From contig OZ210885.1 in NCBI GenBank assembly GCA_964658305.1, forward strand, positions 25,110,001 through 25,174,000: DNA of 64,000 nucleotides, read 5' to 3'. This document shows, piece after piece, positions 45,166 through 57,881 of the stretch. This DNA is from Leptogorgia sarmentosa (Eukaryota). The notes beneath the pieces were generated by a model, which worked only from the letters and a program-made list of their open reading frames with translations, was not told the DNA's origin and did not search any database. The first letter of the stretch is position 1. Each line of letters begins with the position of its first letter. The position numbers were made by a program, and so were the translations under genes.

Positions 45166-45690
45166 TTATCTGTTGCCAAAGTAGGCATTAGAAAACGCAT
45201 AGTCATATAAATTGAACAACAACGTTTGGGATGGTAAAGCTACTTGATGTGAAGGACGAGGTAAACAGAGGCAATTGCTACATGTGTTAGATGTTGGCCG
45301 AAATGAAGAAGAAGCTTCATAAAACTGTAATGATGGATGGATTGAAAAGCCTAAGACAGGCTCCTCGTCTGTTGAAGTAGCAAATTCGAGAACATGTCCC
45401 AGAGTAATGTTGTTTCTTCTCCCAGCTACATAACATAAAAATTACATAAATTAAATTTACAATGCAAATATAAATTTAAACACAAAGAAACATATAAGCA
45501 AACTGTTACACTAACCTGCAGCTTCCCTCAAGTACTTTAGGCATGCTGAATATACAAGTCTCTCAAACGTGCAGTTGTTTGAGCCCTCTTCACTGAATTT
45601 CGGTTTTAGTAAGTTGGTTAGCACCTTGGGTCAGGGTTGTTTGTGTTGGTTGAAACACTTTTAGAAATGTTGGCAGCTGGCATCCAATCT
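45166..45690 (-). pseudogene. HECT E3 ubiquitin ligase C-terminal fragment (two exons)
   Basis: Manual translation ..LKYLREAA|GRRNNITLGHVLEFATSTDEEPVLGF..RPTSNTCSNCLCLP..AYFGNR*; GT-AG intron at about 45426-45515. Confidence 0.65.
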
Positions 45691-46399
45691 TTGAAAAAAC
45701 ACAAAAAAACCTGGTCATTAAGGAACTGGTCATTAAGTCTTTAGGTAGGGCGAGGGAAGAGTGGGAAAGTACACAGTTGCCCAAATGGTGACCCACTCCC
45801 TGTCGTGGGCGTAATTGTCGTTGTTATGTTAGTTTATGCTATTTGACTGAGAATCCCAGGTATAACATAACGAAGCAACATATTTACTATTTTATTCCGG
45901 CACTTAATATAAATAAAACTTTCTAAGAAACTTTTGACCTTAATTAAATTGTTTAAAAGGAAACGACACAAACCTGGTATAACCCAGTTTTCACTAATCA
46001 GTCCTTGCATTTGATCATCATCATGATGAAACGGCAGTTCATAACATATATAATGACAAAAGAGGTGATGAGTATAATACAACGGTGTCTTATGACGATG
46101 TGAACCAGGCACAGGCAGTATCGACGCTATTGTCAATTTCAGAGGAAGAAGAGGTGATTGTAATTCTACTTGTAATAGATGTTACACTTACATGGAGTTC
46201 TAGTTTCATGGAACATTTTCAACTGTTGTCTTTAATACTTTTACAACTTTACCGCATAAAAAAGGCGGAAAATATCTGGTATAATTCCAAGTTATGTCCA
46301 ACCTTACAATCTTACATGCTATATGTATAGCTCACTCTTTTAATTAATCCTCATTGCCGCCTTATACACTACATTTATCTTCTACTGACAACAGATTGA

Positions 46400-49315
46400 C
46401 ACTGACAGTGAAACAAATAACACGAATTATGGTGGAGCACACGATGATTCTGACATACAAGTCTCAGATGATCCAGAGATTCCTTGGATAGTCCATGCAG
46501 CAGAAATCAAGCGATTAGTAGATTACTCTCACCAGTGCGATAGTATTATAACAAAAGCTTTATCATCCGAGGTTATTTATCCTGAAGAACGTTTGACGGA
46601 TGTACTTGAGGCAATTTCAAAAGTAAGAGAACATTCAACAAATATGGAGAAAAACTGTGCAGCTACGCTTCATAGAATGGCCCCTACCAGCCGAAGTTGA
46701 AGCGATATCCAGAAAGCCAAGACATCTCAACAAGAAAACAGTGTAGATTTTCAAGCGGGTGGTATAAGGAATATCCACATCTAGAGTATAGCGTGAAAGA
46801 AGACACAGCCTCGTGTTTTGTTTGCTGTCTATTTCCAACTGGAGTTGGTAGAGAGAGATCTTCTGATGCTTGGGTTAAAGGCGTAAAAGGATGGGACAAA
46901 ATGAAAAGCGTCGGCAAGGAAAAGAAAGGGAAATTAGCACAGCACTTCTTAAGCCAAGCGCATAAAGCTGCATTAAGCGATCTTGCCCAATTTGCACACA
47001 GCATCAAGCATGTCGATGTTATGCTCAATAAGCAATTGAGGGCGGCCAAAATTCAAGAGGAAGAAAACAACCAACGAAACCAGGAGATAATAAAGATATT
47101 ATTGGACATTGCAAAAACATTAGGAAGACAACAACTGGCATTCAGTGGCACTAATGATGATGCTGATGGAAATTTTCTCCAAATAACAAATCTTGTGGCA
47201 TGCCATAATAGCCATTTAAAGAATTGGTTGTCAAATGAAAAGATCAAGCCATATTCTGTGAAATATTTATCTGCTATCTCTCAAAATGAGTTCATCAACA
47301 TCATGGCTGAAGATGTCAAAAGCCGAATTGTCAATGAAATTGAATCTGCAGGAATGTATTCAGTTATGTCAGGGAAATTCAAAGGAGCCCAAAAATGCCT
47401 GCAAACATTGATAGGCTGTAGCTTTCCGTACATTCCATGTCAGGGTCACCGATCCAATAGATTCATCGGACACTGCTCGAAAACAACGTTGTTTACTCAG
47501 ATGTATGACCTATTGGAAGCGCTCTATGACTTCTTCAGTGAAGAGCTGAAGAAAATAGAGAATGCGCTTAAGCTGTGTATCCTTTCGAAGACTCGCTGGG
47601 TGTACCGAAGCAAATCTATAGAAGATCATTCGAAGCCATCAAAGATGTCTTGTTGACCTTATCGACGATGGACGGCGTTGAATCACCGGCGCAGACCAGG
47701 GCAGCTTCTCTTCACAGCAAAGTGCTAAAATTCGATTTCATGTTTGCATTGATGTTCATGCGTTTGATTATGAAAATTACCAAAATACTTACCATTCAAA
47801 TGCAGAAGGAAGAGCTTAACATTTTAGATGCTCTCATGGTATACGAAGAAACTGTTTCTCCTTTAGCTGTTATATTTGCAAAATCGTTCGATCAGGATTC
47901 TGAAGAGGACTTTCGTCGCAAAAGAGTGAGAAGGATGAGCAGCCGACAGGATGACAACCCAGATACCGCAGCTTCCATTGAGTTTTATGCGACTACCGAA
48001 AGCTTATGATTGAAGTACTCGATTCACTTATTACAGAGTACAAAGAAAATAGGTACACAAAGTGTACATGTATGCGCCTATGTATCAAATTGCATAAGGA
48101 ATTGAAACTTGACGACATATGATATCGCATTTCATGTTATTGTCTCGGACTTAATAAACACACAAACCCGTTTTATTACAAGATACAAACTCTGTTTTCC
48201 TGGGATTGAATGTTTCAACCATTCTGTATGACGAAGCGTCAACATACAGTAGATATTCCGTGATCACAAATTCACAATAACACCGCGGGTCCGCGGGCAT
48301 TCCAAACATGTACGACACGCTGAAGAATCGTTGGAAAAATATACGCGCAATTTTGTCAAGACATGAAATTTCATAATCTTAAATATTCGCTGTGTTAAAG
48401 ATAATACAATGTATAATTTGCCTCATGATATTTTTTCTTTGATGATCGTAATTCTATAGCAAACCTCTTTAATATCTTTACAAGCAATGCCAATAATGTA
48501 TAATTTGCGTCATAAAATTTTTGTGTATCAATATCCTTAGTAAATAGTGTTCTAAACGGCGTAAACGCTTATAAATTAACCTCTATTTCTGTCAAAATAC
48601 TTGTCGCTGCGGCCATTACATTTTCTTTTTATCTGGCTATTCATGCGAAATAAAATCCACGATCAAACACATCACCACTCTTTAGCTCGCGCCTATATCA
48701 GTCGCCATTTTGTAATATTTAGCCCACAAGAACTTGCTTTGCCCTAGTGTCTAACATTTCCACATACACACAAACACACGCACGGACCCGATAGCAATAT
48801 ATCTGCGTCACTGCGTGCGCAGATACAAAAACGTCCAACAATGCTTGGAAAAGATTCGACCTCTTGCAGACGTTCTTCAACCTCTGATTACAAGCGTGGA
48901 TTTCAAGCAAGCCGAAGAAATCTCGAAGCTGTTTCCGCCATCTGATACTGTCGATCCTGCTTGTCTAGAAGCAGAATTTGAAATATTTCCACAGGTCGTT
49001 GGCAGGAGCCAAGTTCCTTTCAAGTCTGTTCATGATGTCCGTAATCTGGCATATGAACACATATCGATCTTCCCTTCCATTTTTGAAGTATTTAAGCTTC
49101 TGTTTACTGCCCCAGTCAGTGTGGCAAAAGATGAGAGGACGTTCAGCAAGGTGAAACTCATCAAGAATTTCCTGCGATCAACCATGTCAGACGAACGTCT
49201 CTAAGATTTGATTCTCTTAGCAGCTGAAAAGGATTTGACAGACATAATTGATCTGGACGAAGCTCTGAAAGTGTGGGATAGCAAAAAGAATCGGAAACTG
49301 AAGATTAAATTCTAA
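46400..49315 (+). pseudogene. Decayed hAT transposase (TTF-type zinc finger, ZMYM1-like), internally deleted and split by a HINE
   Basis: FSSGWYKEYPHLEYS..CFVCCLF; GNFLQ; YIPCQGH; LSKTRW; APVSVAKDERTFSK..STMSDERL. Confidence 0.8.
48049..48826 (-). mobile_element. HINE/DINE-1-like non-autonomous Helentron
   Basis: Minus strand: TTTTT|GTATCTGCG..CGCAGATA 5' inverted repeat, GTCCGTGCGTGTGTTTGTGT microsatellite, 3' stem-loop GTACAC-TTT-GTGTAC then CTA|TTTT; removal restores hAT frame EYKENVQQCL. Confidence 0.75.
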
Positions 49316-49520
49316 AGTTTAATAATTAGTCTTCAGTAACTTTATCGTATACAAACTGGCAAGCAGGAAAGCAAATAACTCTATAAATTTCTATTTGACA
49401 TTTTTGTTTGTGCTAATGTACCTGCTTGCCTAATTAGTTCTATACAAACAATAATTAGTTATTCGTTTTGCAACATAATAGATACATTGAATTTAAATGA
49501 CTGTATTAACATCCATACCT

Positions 49521-52500
49521 CATACCTAATTTTAAGAAATTTTTATCACTGCACATTTTGGCGCAAAGTTACCATGCCTTTAATGAAAATTTCTGTCCGC
49601 GACCTTATGAAATTTAAAAATAAAAGAGGCTACTTTTAGTATTTAGTGATAGCAAAATCGACTTTTTACATGGTGTTAACATTTCTGAGGAGGCTATAGA
49701 TCGTTAGAAATAGCATTTTGAGAATGTGATAAACCTTTACCTATCATTGTAGATTGTCACTTGCTAATTTTATTTCAATTCCTAGTCAATATCGTTCAAA
49801 TCTATAGTATGTTATAACAATGTCCAGATACATTTTAGTTTGATATAGTTAAATGTTGTCACAGTTCAACACAGAAGCCTTTTTACAGGCTTGTACAATG
49901 AACAAATTCTTTGGAACAATTGCCTAAAACTTTCGTTTTATTGGCTTTTCGTCCGCTTTCCCTTGAGCTAGTTCTGGATTATCAAAGTTGTTATCTTGCT
50001 GGAAAACGTTGCTGAACCAATCTTGCTCTCCTGCTTTCAGAGTATTTCTTGTCCTATAGTCCTTCTCATTCATCCATTGCAAAGTTGCAGGTCTTGGATC
50101 AAACTCAGAGAGAGGTGGCATATTCATGTTTATGTAGAGGTAGTCGCTCATAGTTTGACGTTTCAAGGATGATCTACATGTTGATTTTACTTTGTTGTAC
50201 AATGAAATGACTCTTTCACAGTCGGCAGAATGTGGCTTGCATGCTAGAATGCGGCCAAGAACAACAGAAACATTTTCATAGTAATGTTCCTGATCTCCTT
50301 TCACAATGCTCTGTAGGACTGTGTGAGGATTTTCTTTTGGTATCTCATCACAGTCTTGCAACTCCTAAAATTGAATAGCCAAATTTGCCAAACTGAGGTC
50401 AGGAGCAATAGAGTGATGGATATCTCTTATATCATCTTCGTTTGCTGTGAATTTGGTGAAAGAGGTGAACGCTTTTGAGGCATTTTTATTAACTTTAAGT
50501 CTTTGGTCCATAAACTGTTTTATTGCCAAAATGGATTCATTTCTTACAGCACTAAACAGTCTGTGGTCAGTAACATATAAGTTCGCCCTCCACACGGCGC
50601 CTTGTCTTCACCCAAGGCTTAATTCCACAAAATTCATTTTCTTCTTCATTAAACTTTTCTTTAAATGCTTCTTCCCAGCCTCCTAGGAGAGGGCTTGTGC
50701 TCAACTTATCGACTTTTTTCTGAAACTTTTCTGTTTCTGGTTCAATGTCCACAATTGTAAGTGAATCACACTGCAGCTTTTTTTGAAAAACTTTAAGGAG
50801 GAACAACAAATCAGCAACAAAGCACATCAAAAGGATATTATCTTTATTTGTAAGGAGTTTTAAGAATTTCCTCCCTTCAGTATCATCTTGCTCCTCACAA
50901 AATTTTACAAGTGCTTGCCAAGAACACAAAATAGAATCAAGAAGAGCAGCAGTAAACTCTGACCATCGGACTTCAAAGTATTTCGGAATGCGACGTACAG
51001 TTAGTCCTTCTTTTTCCCCAACTTTCTCTAAATCAGTGGTACGCTTTGCTGAGGTGTGGAAAAATGTAGCAATTCCAGATAACGTCTTTACCAAATGATC
51101 AATTTCTGGAACAGTCTTACACAAATCTTTATATGCATTTGCAGATGAATGCACTGCACAAACAGATTTAAGGAGAGGGAAACTGACATGTAGTTTTTCC
51201 CTTTCATCATCAAGAAGTTTCCAAAGCCCATTGAGATGTCCAGTATTCTTACTTTCCCCATCAGTTGATAGATGATTGACTACTTTGAGTACTTTGTCTA
51301 AGCCAACAATATCAGCTGCACCTGATTTAAGTGCTTGCAGATGACCAGGTGCGCCAGGTTCTGTCACATGCCCAATACCAATAAATTTTAGATCCCTTTT
51401 CCCATCGTTCTTTATGATATTGAGAAGCATGTATTCATTATCTTTTTGTGTTTGGTCCATAGATGCATCGCAACGAAAAGATGCAGCAATGCACGAATCA
51501 ATTTCTTTCTCAATTCTTGGTAAATCAGCTGACACTATGGTCTGTAAAAGTTCCTGCACAACTGGAGGTCTAATGTACTGCAGGTCAAAATTAGAAGGGC
51601 TGTACGGTTTAAATGGTTTGTTGTAATCAAACTCGTATGCCATTTTTGCAGCAATTACCCTTGACGGCCAGGAAAAAGCAGACGACGTTAAGCATTTTGC
51701 ATCATTGTATACATGAAGTATCAATGATCCAATTTTATTGGCCAGCTGCTGACGCTGTGAACTAAACATTTTTTCCAGTGGCATAGATTGAGATTTTTCT
51801 ACAGCTGAGATTTTTTTTAAGCATTCTCCTTTGAGACATTCCTGGTGCGCAATGCTCTGTAAGTGTTCTTGAACTGTTTTCTCTCTTGCTTCTGTCCCTC
51901 CGGGTTGACAAATTGGCGGCACCCTTCCCCTGTAACACGCATGCTTCACAATAGCAGGATTTGCTGAACATATGACACAAAAAACACGTTTTCGTTTCCG
52001 TTTCTGTCCTGCCACAGGCTGAATAGAATAGTCTTTATGAGAGGCAAATGATTTGGACGCATCCGGTTTCACAAATGACAATTGTGTTTCTGTTAGCTCA
52101 GATGCCAATGCTGTGGGTACAGAAGCAACAAAATTGCGACCACTGTCAGAACTACTGGGATATGTTGCAAAATCTTCGTCCATTTCATCGTTAGATTCTC
52201 CACTGGCAGTGCTATTACTAAAAGTCCTAGATGTAGGCTCTGTGGACGTAGTGGCTAATTCTGGGCCATTTTGTTCAATCTGTTGGTTGTTAAGCTGTCG
52301 TTGCTTTGATGAATGTGCATCGACTGATTTTAATGGTATAAAACTTTCAATCTTTCGCTGTTTTGCATCAGACATTTTAATAAATTCCGTTCTTCGGTGT
52401 TACCACATGGTGTTACCGTCGCTGGCAACTAAGGGTGAACAGTTGTGGAGTGATCAGTGCAAATAGTTCTCCACAAATAATGACGTTTCATGTGGAAATG

Positions 52501-52890
52501 GGCAATAATTATTGCAATAATGCAACTATATGGCTTGTCTGTAACTTCCTTTCCGCTACTGTTTGACTGTTCGTCCTTTGTTGCAAAAAGTTGCAACCGA
52601 CAATATCTTAAATTTCCATTTCCTGAAATTTCCCTTTCTTCATGATAGAAAGTGGAAAGTGGTAACACCATATTTTTCTTTGTTTACATTGGTTTACATC
52701 TTTATATATCGTGATTATAAATTTATCATGCTCTATATTTGTAATGTTTCACTGTTACTTGTTTTATCGTTCAATTTTTCAGCTCACTGCTTCTAAAAAT
52801 TTATTACTGCACATTTAGCATTTTATCACTGCACATTTTACTTTTATCACTGCACAAATTGGTTATCACTGCACACTAAAATTAGGTATG
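49521..52890 (-). mobile_element. hAT DNA transposon, full length, transposase disrupted
   Basis: 14-bp TIR CATACCTAATTTTA / TAAAATTAGGTATG; 8-bp TSD CCATACCT (49513-49520, 52891-52898); subterminal TTATCACTGCACA repeats. Confidence 0.92.
49924..52375 (-). pseudogene. hAT transposase (ZNF862/KIAA1586-like), frameshift and stop
   Basis: CDASMD, STDGES, CAVH, EVRW, KPHSADCERVIS across ORFs 50567-52375, 50365-50595 and 49924-50361. Confidence 0.85.
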
Positions 52891-53159
52891 CCATACCTTT
52901 GACGATGATGTTAAAGTAATATATAGTGCATATTCATAATATTGTTGTGCATGTATGTAAATTATTTATTGTCTTTAATCCTCATTGTGCTTGTCCATGC
53001 GTTTAATTGTCCTATTGTTGTCTTTGTATATTTGTTCTTGTGTTATGTAAATTATGTGTGAAACGTGGATATATAAGTAAGCCACGAAGTGTACTAACAG
53101 TGTTATTTTTACTGTAAAATAAAACTATAAATTTTCTGACTTGTCTCTTGGCACAACAT

Positions 53160-53177
53160 TGGTGGCAGTAGTGGGAT
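53160..53177 (+). promoter_or_regulatory. Primer-binding site complementary to the tRNA-Leu 3' end
   Basis: TGGTGGCAGTAGTGGGAT, one base after the LTR CA. Confidence 0.7.
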
Positions 53178-53298
53178 CGTTTTGTTAAGTATGGCCATAG
53201 AGACAAGGTCACGAGCGAGGGTGAATGTTGAAGAAACGGCAAGTTTTGACGATACGGGCTAGAGAACACAACAACAACAACAGCCAGAACAGCGACAT

Positions 53299-54771
53299 TT
53301 GATGGGCGACGAAGAATATAATCAATTGGTTTCGATGTTGGGAAAACAAATGGATCTTGTGGCGGAACAGAAAGTTATGCAAGCAGAACACATGGAACGA
53401 TTTGGGTGTTTACTCGGTAGCATTGAAGAGAAGCTCGAAGAAATTAATACACGACAAGACCGTTTAGAATCGAAACAGCAGGTACTGGAGAAAGAGCTAA
53501 TAATGGCTGAAAAAATACGACGAAGCACCCCGCCTATTAATGTAGAATGTGTTGAAGCTCGATTAGACGCGGTAGAGAATAACGTAGAACGATTTGGGCA
53601 CCGATTACAACGAATTCACGAGGAAACACTACTGGGGTTGAAAGAGACCGTTCTTGAAGAGCTGTTGAAAGAAATTCGTGCGAGGGAAAGAAACAATGAG
53701 AAACCACGAGTCTCGCAAGCTAGCAAAAAAGTTCTAGAAAATCGGGTTCAACATCCAGTCGATAGACGGACCACTCCCAATTTTCCATCATCTGAAAGGT
53801 GAAGTTTTCCACTTCGTGGATCCAAATTTCAACAGCCTGAATTTTCCCACCATTTGAGTTCAACCGACGTCTATAAACCGGAAACATTAAACTCTAGTGG
53901 ACGTATTCAAAAACCAACTTCTTTTGATGGATCGGGATTATGGGAGTCCTACTATGCGCAATTTGAGATCGTTGCTGAGTTGAATAATTGGAACGATCAC
54001 CAGAAGGCAGCATACCTGGCTACAAGTCTGAAGGGCCCAGCCTTGGCAGTGCTCGGAAATTTAGCTCCGGAAGATCGTCAGAAGCTTGATGTGTTAGTAG
54101 TGGCTTTAAAAAATCGATTTGGTACCAGTCACCAAACCGAACTGTCGAGAATGAAGTTTAAAAACCGTACAAAACAGAGGGACGAGTCGTTACCAGAATT
54201 GGCTGAAGATATAGAACGATTGAGTAGGCTCTCGTACCCCGATGCTCCCCCAACGTTACGCGATGTACTTGCGCGTGACCAGTTTGTGGACGCCTTACCC
54301 GACGAGGATACCCGCCTGCGAATCAAGCAGGAAAGACCACCAACATTGCGCAGGACTTTAGAAACTGCCCTTGAACTCGAGTCCTTCACCATCGCAGCTC
54401 ATCAACGTCACAGAGTGGCAAGAGGGACTGAGCTCTTGACTCCACGAACACTGCCCTCCCCCACCATTATACGAACACCACCAGCAACCTTGGGTCGTGA
54501 GTCACAAGCACCCGCTGCAAATTCTAACCCGTTGGAAGAAGGCAGTTTACAGGTAATGAAGACCCTCGAGCGGTTGGAGAGGTCAATGAAACAGTGCCTT
54601 GATGGAATTGTAGCAGTGGCTAAAGAACGGCAAAGGCCCCCGAAGGGACCTGGCTGTTGGAGCTGTGGCGATCTTAACCACTTAAGAAGAAATTGCCCGA
54701 AGGCAGGCCGGTTTTCAAAGCGAACTGACCAGGAAGAAGGTTCTCCTCAGAGGCAGGGAAACAACAAGTAG
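53299..54771 (+). pseudogene. Gypsy gag (coiled coil, capsid, CWSC..H..C knuckle), one internal stop
   Basis: ORFs 53299-53802 and 53854-54771 are in the same frame. Confidence 0.82.
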
Positions 54772-56730
54772 TTGGTTCTGGGGGACAAGAGCCAGCTGAC
54801 CAGAATGTCCCAAGAATAATTGTGAAAACGGGAACGATGCAAGGCTTTGCTGATAGTTTAGTGGTAGTTGGTGCAGTTGAAGGAGTGCGTTGTGAAATGA
54901 TCGTTGATACTGGTTCGAATATTACCGTTGTGAGACCAGACGTTCTGAGACGGGTGGCCAAAGACGTGGTTCTTGACGTGCATACTGTGGACAGTTGTTT
55001 GAAAACGGTAACGGGTGAGACAACAGTCGTGCGAAGCCGTGGCAGAGTTAATCTACAAGTGGGAAACTTCCAAACAGTGCATGACGTCTGGGTTGCGGAA
55101 ATCGAGAATGAATGTATCCTTGGTTTGGATTTCTTAATTCCAAATAACTGTGTAGTTAATGTAGCAGAAGCATGTTTGCACATTGGCAGCGAGGAAGTGC
55201 GGTTGAAACGGATGACAGCCTCGAGGAAACCGGTGTGTCGTAGGGTTGTAGTTGCAGAAAATTGGCCTGTCCCTCCAAGGAGTGAAGCAATTATTCCAGG
55301 AATGTTGGACAGGGATGGAGATTCAGAAGAAGAATGGGGAGAGTTGATTCCTAGCCAAAAGCGTGGGTTACCTAAGGACATGCTTGTGGCAAGAGCAGTG
55401 GTTGATTTGAGAAAAACAGTGGTTGCTGTACGAGTGCTCAATATGTCCGACGAAGAGAGAGTAGTTCGCAAGGGAACAGATGTAGCTAGCTGTGAAGTCC
55501 TTGATAGTCTCACTAATGTGAAAAAGTTGGAAGAAGAGATGCAGGCGGAGTCAACTGTTGTGGACGGGAAATTGAAAGGAATGGTGGAAGAACTTTACGT
55601 GAGCAGTTCCGACGGGCTCGACGGTAGACAGAAGGAGAAATTACACGCGCTGTTGGTGGAATTCGAAGATGTATTTTCGACCGGGCCTGCTGATATGGGG
55701 AGAACATTGTTGACGTCACATAAGATCGACACGGGTAGCCAAAGGCCAATCAAACAGCAACCGCGACGTTTGCCATATTCTAAATTGGAAACCGCACAGA
55801 ATGCCATAAAGGAAATGCACGAACAAGGGGTCATTGAACCATCCATTAGTCCGTGGTGTGCACCGATTGTGTTAGTTAAGAAAAAGGATGGAACTCAAAG
55901 GTTTTGTGTTGACTATCGCAAGCTCAATGAAATCACGAAGAAAGACTCTTTTCCGCTTCCACAAATTGACACCACTTTGGATGCTCTAGCTGGATCACGA
56001 TCATTGATATGAAGAGTGGTTATTGGCAAGTGGACGTGGACAAGTCTGACAGGAAAAAAACAGCATTCTCGTCGGAATGTGGGTTATGGCAGTTTACTGT
56101 GATGCCGTTTGGCCTATCTAATGCACCAGCCACATTGAAAGATTGATGGAACTTGTATTGTCTGGTCTACCTTGGAGTGTATGTCTTCTCTATCTAGATG
56201 ACATTTTGGTCCATGCACGAACGTTTTTTTGAATGCAGGTTTTTAACTTACGACAAGTTTTCAGTCGTTTACGAGCGGCTAACCTTAAGCTGAATCCGAA
56301 GAAGTGCGTGTTGTTTAGAACACAGGTATTGTACCTGGGACATGTGGTGACGTAGGAGGGAAATCTCGACTGATCCAAGCAAGATTGAGGCTGTGACGAA
56401 CTGGCCGACGCCCAAAAATAAACGGGAGTTGAGAAATTTCCTTGGACTTTGCTCATATTACCGCAAGTTCATTAAATCATTTGCCAACATAGCTAGCCCA
56501 TTACATCGTCTCACAGAGAAAGAGACTGAATTCATTTGGACCGTACAATGTAACGGAGCATTTCTTAAACTAAAACAGTTACTGACCACTGCTCCAATAC
56601 TTGCTTATCCTATTGCCTCAGGAAGATACACATTGGATACTGATGCAAGCGAAAAGGGAATTGGCGCTGTCTTGTCTCAAGAACAGAACGGACACGAGAG
56701 GGTCATAGCATACTACAGTCGGAGCCTAAC
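54756..56730 (+). pseudogene. Gypsy pol (protease, RT, RNase H), degenerate
   Basis: Open in the -1 frame from G GGA AAC; VDTGS; RFCVDYRKLN; MPFGL; YLDD; LDTDAS. Confidence 0.85.
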
Positions 56731-57009
56731 ACGTAGGAAAACATCTGGAGGAAAAAGATGCGCCAAACGACGCAATTGATGGTACAGACAGGAGACTCGA
56801 CTGCAAAAGAAACATTGTCAGACGTACGACCAAACCAACCCAACCTTTGTTGCTTTCTTGGAACTGAGGACTATGCAAATGCAAGATCCAGATATCGGAC
56901 CAATTGTAGAATGGAAACATCGTGGTAAAAAAAAACAGATGGCAGGATATATCGGCAATGAGCGTAGTTACCAAGTCGTACTGGGCGCAGTGGGAATCGG
57001 TTTCTATAT

Positions 57010-57440
57010 TTTACCATACGGTGTAGATAAAACAAGTGGTGGACTTTTGGCATTGCACATACAATTTTCTTAAAACGCGATAACCAAACAAATTGTTTGC
57101 TCAGCTGCCATGGTATTTCCATCAGGAAGCTCTCTTTTTAGTATTGCCGGATCATACTTTACTCTGCATGATGCATCTTTGTGGTTGGTAATATGAAGAC
57201 TATCAATGATCTTGGTGATTGAAATCCAGGAATTGTGCCATGGAGAAGGAAGGGGAAAAGGATTTCGAGAGGCTTTCATGCCATCCAAATGACACATTGT
57301 CATATGCCAAAAATATTTTTGGCCAATCATTTGGGTCGATGTCCTTTTGAATGTTAAAAAGCCACGACAAAATAATGATAAAGACCTGAGAAGGACTTTC
57401 TGATCTAAACGATTAGTGCATAAAACAATGGTAAATGTCA
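57010..57440 (-). pseudogene. KDZ (Kyakuja-Dileera-Zisupton)-like transposase fragment
   Basis: MCHLD..IIDSLHITNHKDASCRVKYDP..NTMAAEQ motif pattern. Confidence 0.55.
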
Positions 57441-57881
57441 TTTGTAGAAAACGTCATGTTACTTTAGATATAGGAGAGAGTGAGCACGAGGCGTAGTGAA
57501 CGTTTATGGGTTGTGAGTTTATAGTTTATATTAAAAGAAAGACTATTGTCTGAAATTTGTGAGTTTGTGCATTGACATTTTGTGAATAATCATTGAAATC
57601 CATTAGCTTGGCTTCGTTTGACATTTGGGACTTATTATCTGGGTTTCTTAAACGATATTTTTCGAATTTTGTGCTATAAACTGTTGATTTTTGTGGAAAT
57701 ATTTATCGGTGTTGTGCCGACCGCGCATTCGCAAACACCCGGAGACCTGGGAACGAAATACACCTCTACTTCATTTAAACAAACTATATCGTACTATAAG
57801 TTATTCGGGGCGTTTTGGTCGTAAATTTCGGGAACGTTGAGCTTTAGTAGAACTATTCTAGCTAAAAACACCCAAATTAAG

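Larger units (their letters stand above)
52899..57000 (+). mobile_element. Gypsy LTR retrotransposon, 5' LTR remnant to RNase H; integrase and 3' LTR missing
   Basis: LTR end ...CAACA at 53158 followed by PBS; Gag CCHC; protease VDTGS; RT and RNase H with stops and frameshifts. LTR start uncertain. Confidence 0.88.

Noticed and set aside
57443..57515. Very recent BEL insertion inferred from identical LTRs
   Set aside because: Only 73 bp can be compared and the internal region has many disabling mutations.
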